Shown here: in pieces, positions 7,810 through 11,724 of the stretch
Position numbering within the stretch: the first letter of the stretch is position 1
Layout of the letters: the number at the start of each line of letters is the position of its first letter
NCBI GenBank assembly: GCA_013375475.1
Contig: JABXKD010000085.1
Span: forward strand, 1 to 11,724
Origin: Promethearchaeota archaeon
GTDB lineage: Archaea > Asgardarchaeota > Lokiarchaeia > Sigyniarchaeales > SOKP01
Direction of reading: 5' to 3'
DNA: 11,724 nucleotides
Notes under the pieces: model-generated
What the model was told of the DNA's origin: nothing
Database searches by the model: none
Seen by the model: the letters and a program-made list of their open reading frames with translations, nothing else
Translations under genes and position numbers: made by a program

Positions 7810-8784
7810 ATGAGTAATGATACAACTAAAAAAGCAATTAATTTCCTTAGTTTTCTCATATCCTATAAATGTACTAATGAATGCAAACATTGTGCTCTTC
7901 TAGCATCTCCAAATCAGGATGATATCAAAATAGAATTTGGAGATTTAAAAAGATATTTGGAAGACATAACATCAAACTATATCGTTCAAGAAGTCGGATT
8001 TTTTGGAGGAGAACCCCTACTTAATTTTGATTTACTAATCAGTTTTATCGAAGAAGTAAAGAAATATGATATTCCAAAAATTGGATTACCAACTAATGGA
8101 TATTGGGGAAAAAGTGATTCAATTGCTAAGAAATATGCCCTAAAACTGAAAAAAGCAGGTTTAAATAGCATAGGGTTTAGTGTTGATGCATTTCATCAGG
8201 AGTTTATTCCACTCGATGATGTAAAGATAGCAGTAAGAGCGTGTCATGAAGCGGGAATAGAAATAATATATTTGATATCACAAAAGCTTGGAGGCCCAGG
8301 AGCAAAGAACATATTTAATGAAAAAACCAACGAAATTACCGATATCCTTTCAGATGAATTTGATTATGGCCAATTAATAACTAGTGATTTACAAGTGAAA
8401 GGTCGGGCTGCAAACCATTTAACAGAATATTTCTCAATGGTAACAATCCCTTCAGATAAATGTCTAATTTTTAAGGTCCCGATGTTCATGATAGATCCTA
8501 ATGGATGGGTTTTTCATCAACTATGCGACGGGATTACAATCGGGAATGCCAAGAAAAAGTCTTTATCGGAGATAATTAGTGAATTTAGCTACAGAAAACA
8601 CCCTATTATAGGAAAAGTAGTGACTAAGGGAGGACCTCAAAATCTCCTTGAGATGGCGATTGAAAAAGGGTATGAGCCTTTAAGTGGATATGCTGACAAG
8701 TGTCACGTCTGTTATAGTGCTCGTAATTATCTTCGTCCTTATTATCCAAATATCCTTGAACCTTCAAATTTGTACTTCCAATGA
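7810..8784 (+). CDS. Radical SAM protein with C-terminal SPASM/Twitch-like Cys-containing extension
   Basis: CxxxCxxC (CTNECKHC, 7870-7893), GGEP, TNG and SVD motifs. C-terminal C...IDPNG.V...C...IGN and CHVC. ATG at 7810 follows GAGTTGATAAAAAA, 34 nt after the padR stop. Substrate unknown. Confidence 0.9.
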   Translation: MSNDTTKKAINFLSFLISYKCTNECKHCALLASPNQDDIKIEFGDLKRYLEDITSNYIVQEVGFFGGEPLLNFDLLISFIEEVKKYDIPKIGLPTNGYWGKSDSIAKKYALKLKKAGLNSIGFSVDAFHQEFIPLDDVKIAVRACHEAGIEIIYLISQKLGGPGAKNIFNEKTNEITDILSDEFDYGQLITSDLQVKGRAANHLTEYFSMVTIPSDKCLIFKVPMFMIDPNGWVFHQLCDGITIGNAKKKSLSEIISEFSYRKHPIIGKVVTKGGPQNLLEMAIEKGYEPLSGYADKCHVCYSARNYLRPYYPNILEPSNLYFQ

Positions 8785-8814
8785 TGTATTATTTTCTGGC
8801 AGTTTATAATTTTT

Positions 8815-9666
8815 TTATGGTTTTACAATATCATCTACATTTGTTCTGTTCTCCGAGTAGAATAGAATCAGTATAATCCCTACTATCGCAATTAGAACCA
8901 TCAAGATGAAGATACCCTGAAATGTGTTCACAGCAAGAAATAATGAGCTCTCATTTACGGTTACATGAAGTAAAGCAGTGAGAAGGATGCTTTGTGTCTT
9001 ACTATAAAGCCAAGTGACTAAAAAAGTGAAGATAACAACCCTAATAGTGTATATTAAAAATACTAGCAAATCTATAGAACCCTCTTCAATTAGAAACATC
9101 GGAATATGCCATAAAGCATGGGGTAAGCCAATAATAAAACTCATTTTAATTGGGCTTTGCGTCTTCTGTAGATGATGCTGAGCAAATCCTCGCCACCCTA
9201 TCTCTTCTTCATAATTACCTAGTAAGAGTCTAACCAAAAAATGGAAAATGAAACCTAAAAGTCCATATACTACTATTGTATTTGGAAACGATTCCCCTAG
9301 CATGAGCTCAATACTTAGTGGAATCATAAAGATCGCTATTGGCATGAGGAGAGCAAACACATAATAGATGGGGTTAACTCTCCATCTGAAGATTCGGTTA
9401 ACTAATTCTCGGAGTTCACTTTTTCCATACAACATTAATGTGAGAATGATAGCAGCAATCCCTGGTCCGCACGCTCCAATTTTTGCTAAGATTTCCAAGA
9501 TAATAAGAAGCGTTGCTGGTGCCAACTCAGGTAATGCTCTATAAGGTTCAAATACCATAAATACTGTGAGCCAGCATGTCCAAGTTATAACAAATGTTAA
9601 GAAAAAATACGCTAAAACAGGATGTTTATGTACGAAAGATTTCATAGGGGATTTTACCAAATCCAA
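8815..9666 (-). CDS. CPBP-family (Abi / type II CAAX) intramembrane glutamic endopeptidase
   Basis: EEEIGWRG (EExxxR), HALWH and LLHVTVN (HxxxN) motifs with multiple TM helices. Start is TTG 9666 or ATG 9645. Confidence 0.92.
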   Translation of the reverse strand: MDLVKSPMKSFVHKHPVLAYFFLTFVITWTCWLTVFMVFEPYRALPELAPATLLIILEILAKIGACGPGIAAIILTLMLYGKSELRELVNRIFRWRVNPIYYVFALLMPIAIFMIPLSIELMLGESFPNTIVVYGLLGFIFHFLVRLLLGNYEEEIGWRGFAQHHLQKTQSPIKMSFIIGLPHALWHIPMFLIEEGSIDLLVFLIYTIRVVIFTFLVTWLYSKTQSILLTALLHVTVNESSLFLAVNTFQGIFILMVLIAIVGIILILFYSENRTNVDDIVKP

Positions 9667-9712
9667 TTTTCTTTTTAATTTTAGTTTTTAATTCTAACAT
9701 TAATTAATCTAA

Positions 9713-9720
9713 TATTTAAA
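9713..9720 (-). promoter_or_regulatory. TATA box for the CPBP gene
   Basis: TTTAAATA on the minus strand ~47 nt upstream of TTG 9666. Confidence 0.45.
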
Positions 9721-9804
9721 ATTAATTTGGACCGTTTTTTACCAGATATTCAAATTAGGATTTATTCAAGTTACCTATATAGAAGAATTCTAATGAAACG
9801 GTAT

Positions 9805-9817
9805 TGAAGAAAAAAGG
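9805..9817 (-). terminator. Candidate U-tract terminator / 3' end of the structured RNA
   Basis: Minus strand CCTTTTTTCTTCA, the first long pyrimidine/T-tract after the structured region. Confidence 0.35.
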
Positions 9818-9895
9818 TTCAAGAAGTTGCAATGAGTTTCTGATGGGTTTTTGCGTAGTATTGTAGCAATGTAATTTAAGATTGTTCAACAAGTT

Positions 9896-10011
9896 CGAAA
9901 ACCCGTCGTCCAATCCGTATCCGAAGATACATCAGGCTCCAGAGAAGCTTGATTTACCAATTTCATTACCGTTAGGTAGTTCAATTGGTAGCATTACATT
10001 GATTGCGATAC
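9896..10011 (-). repeat. Degenerate ~115-nt direct repeat, copy B (3' copy in the RNA)
   Basis: Shares the blocks CGAAAACC, CCAA, TATCCGAAGATA, ACCAATTT, TACC..AGGTA.TTCAA and CATT.CATTGA....ATAC, in the same order, with 10396-10513 (offset ~500 nt). Confidence 0.75.
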
Positions 10012-10395
10012 CTTTTCCTATGACCACACTATCATTCACGACCCGATGGAATAAGCAATTAAATCCCCGAAAGAATTTGTTGCGAGATATTGCCATTCCT
10101 TACGAGGTAAGGAAAGTCCCCATTCAATGCATTCAAACAATTGGTTGTGAAACCTCCTGTCAGAATCACTCCGGAGATTTAGTCGAAATTGCTAGCATAG
10201 CTCGACTTACCGAAATAGCATACCCGTTAGGATAACATTCGGTAGCATCTCATGAGGTTGCTATATCTTTTCCGATGATCATGTATTCAAGCATGATTTG
10301 AGAAAATACAAATATGCCCGAAGGCTCATTGCTAGTATTTCATTCTATATTTTCATATAAAATGTCTCAATGACCAACTCTTTTTAGCATTAATC

Positions 10396-10513
10396 CGAAA
10401 ACCAATGAACCAAACTTATATCCGAAGATATAATCTTTCCGATAAGGAAAGAAAGTTTAACCAATTTTTCATACCAGAGGTATTCAAATTGATCATTCCA
10501 TTGAGGTAAATAC
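10396..10513 (-). repeat. Degenerate ~115-nt direct repeat, copy A (5' copy in the RNA)
   Basis: Colinear with 9896-10011. Exact 12-mer TATCCGAAGATA at 10419-10430 and 9918-9929. Indels between the copies are not multiples of three. Confidence 0.75.
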
Positions 10514-10568
10514 TACTTCTCGATATTCACACCGCGAGGTATGAACAATATATATTTTGAACGGATCA

Positions 10569-10576
10569 TATTTAAA
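10569..10576 (-). promoter_or_regulatory. Putative TATA box for the candidate ncRNA
   Basis: TTTAAATA on the minus strand ending 21 nt before the first hairpin (10547). It is identical to the TATA octamers in front of three genes in this window. The upstream sequence is not a canonical BRE. Confidence 0.5.
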
Positions 10577-10648
10577 TGGGACTATTAAGGGATTACTAAA
10601 AAATTTTGTCGCTAGGATTCGGTTAAAATTTTTTTAAGTCGGATTCAT

Positions 10649-11724
10649 CTATTCGATATAGCACGATAAATCCTTTTGTTCAGATTTCCTCATAATATTC
10701 GATTTTATCAGTTCCTCAAGTTCGGGAAACTCGAAAGGAAAAATGTTTTCAAAGGCTCTTTTAAGTAATTCGACATATTTCTTTCTGTCGTACTGATGCT
10801 TTTTCTCGTCGTAAAGATCTGAGAGAATAACCTTATTCTCAGGAAATTCCGGGTTAGCATCTGCATTGAGTATAATATATCGTACATTTTTGCCAGGGGT
10901 TACCACTACCCCCGATCTCTCCAATTGTTTTGCCGCAACAGCTTGATAGGAGTTTACTTTATATTGAGATGGTTTCCTGGAAACTCTTTGGCGAATTGTA
11001 AGTTCTTCTCGCGAAATTTTTCCTGTCTCTATTTTGTCAATGTAATTGTAGAGTGTTTTCTTCGCTTTTGGCATTCTTCTCATAAATTCTTTGGTGGTAG
11101 TTGCTCCTTGAAAAACATCTATAAACGCATATTGTGCGACTTTAACAATTTTTGGTGCATCTCTACGGCGAACTTCAATTCCTCGGACTTTTACTTCTCC
11201 GTCGCTCTTAATACCCCAGTAATGACTTAACGCAGGAATATCGGATTCCGCTTTCGAAGGGAGAAAACAAATAACATTATAACGCCCGTCCCAACTCATA
11301 GGAATACCCACGCTTTCGGTTATTTCAGCAGCTATTTCTCTTGTTACTTCTTCAAACTCTTCGGGAGTCCGGTTTTCAGTGTCTTTCAGCCAAATCGAAT
11401 CTACAATTCCATGAATAATTTTGCAGCCGCGTTCTTCAGCAATCTCAGCAGAGCGCATTAAAAATTCCCTAGCAAAAGCACAAACGGTTTGATGCGCTTC
11501 AATCTTCCCAAAACGGGCGTTTTTGAAACCTAAATAGCCAAAACTCACTACAAGCACCCATTTGAGAGCGATATCCACAAAGTTATAACGAACGCTTCCG
11601 GTTTTGCGGACATATTCTTTGTACTTCAGCCTCTTATTCAAAGGCAGACTTATTGATTTTGATATTATACCTTGCCTTTTTGTGCAGATGTGAAAGTCCA
11701 ATCCTGGAACTTTTATGCCAGTGC
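10649..11724 (-). CDS. polB2: Archaeal family B DNA polymerase, PolB2 (Dpo2-like) group; C-terminal part only, 5' end outside the window
   Basis: The frame stays open to the window edge (TGIKVPGLDFHIC...). Motif B ALKWVLVVSFGYLG, motif C HGIVDS (11396-11413; PolB2-type, versus canonical YGDTDS), thumb motif RGIEVRRRD, and C-terminal PIP box QKDLSCYI (10655-10678). Confidence 0.9.
   Translation of the reverse strand, partial: TGIKVPGLDFHICTKRQGIISKSISLPLNKRLKYKEYVRKTGSVRYNFVDIALKWVLVVSFGYLGFKNARFGKIEAHQTVCAFAREFLMRSAEIAEERGCKIIHGIVDSIWLKDTENRTPEEFEEVTREIAAEITESVGIPMSWDGRYNVICFLPSKAESDIPALSHYWGIKSDGEVKVRGIEVRRRDAPKIVKVAQYAFIDVFQGATTTKEFMRRMPKAKKTLYNYIDKIETGKISREELTIRQRVSRKPSQYKVNSYQAVAAKQLERSGVVVTPGKNVRYIILNADANPEFPENKVILSDLYDEKKHQYDRKKYVELLKRAFENIFPFEFPELEELIKSNIMRKSEQKDLSCYIE

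Larger units (their letters stand above)
9805..10548 (-). ncRNA. Candidate large (~740 nt) highly structured non-coding RNA, family unrecognised
   Basis: About a dozen hairpins on the minus strand. cUUCGg loops at 10416-10433, 10316-10325 and 9917-9930; uUUCGg at 10061-10078; GAAA loop on a 10-bp stem at 10341-10364; cUAACg loops within 10208-10244 and at 9967-9978. G-U pairs mostly work only in this orientation. Nested long-range stems, a duplicated domain, GC raised above local intergenic DNA, and no credible ORF. Both ends are approximate. Confidence 0.7.

Noticed and set aside
9908-9940. Minus-strand GAGCCUGAUGUAUC-UUCG-GAUAC-GG-AUUGG resembling group II intron domain V
   Set aside because: The AGC triad has no GUU/GCU partner, the loop is UUCG rather than GNRA, there is no clear domain VI with an AY end, no RT ORF, and the motif is absent from the other repeat copy.
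10104-10122. Plus-strand AGGAAAGTCC resembling RNase P RNA conserved region I
   Set aside because: The other RNase P conserved regions, including the 3' ACAGAA...GCUUA, were not found, and tetraloop and G-U polarity indicate the opposite strand.
9882-10235. 117-aa plus-strand ORF, with faint resemblance to an ISL3-type Zn finger (LLRDI.IPYEVR...CETSC)
   Set aside because: TTG start without an RBS, Pro/Ser/Ile-rich antisense-like composition, no first CxxC pair, no DDE domain or terminal inverted repeats, and it overlaps the strand-polarised RNA structure. A decayed transposase cannot be fully excluded without a search.
10258-10272. Minus-strand AAGAUAUAG resembling the group I intron S element
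   Set aside because: No complementary R element to form P7, no P/Q elements, and no interrupted host gene.
9896-10513. CRISPR array, tRNA or rRNA interpretation of the repeats and hairpins
   Set aside because: Only two degenerate ~115-nt copies 500 nt apart with no regular repeat-spacer period. No tRNA cloverleaf or T-loop, and no universal rRNA signature was seen.
1341-11230. Short ORF-track entries 1341-1574, 1608-1802, 2649-2846, 3970-4194, 5084-5404, 5895-6104, 7499-7762, 7986-8171 and 10925-11230
   Set aside because: All lie antisense within (or almost wholly within) well-supported genes and show shadow-ORF composition with no motifs.

Overview
AT-rich archaeal DNA, most likely Asgard (Lokiarchaeia/Promethearchaeia-like). 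This is inferred from a PolB2-type polymerase, a TBP-fold domain, a longin/uDENN-like domain, TTTAAATA TATA boxes and GAGGT/GTGA ribosome-binding sites. In order, the window holds: the 3' part of a giant, internally repeated polytopic membrane protein; an unusual AbrB-like + FLCN/SMCR8-type longin + single-TBP-repeat fusion; a small membrane protein; a GyrI-like protein; a DUF6054-like protein; a Zn-ribbon/TM protein; a PadR regulator with a palindromic operator, followed by a radical SAM gene; a CPBP (CAAX) intramembrane protease; and the 3' part of polB2. The ~950 bp gap between the CPBP gene and polB2 is not empty. On the minus strand it folds by eye into about a dozen hairpins with UUCG, GAAA and UAAC tetraloops and G-U pairs. 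It also contains a duplicated ~115-nt structural domain with compensatory changes, a TATA box upstream and a U-tract downstream. This makes it a candidate ~740-nt large structured ncRNA that I cannot assign to any family I know. All family calls come from motif recognition by eye; no searches or folding programs were run.
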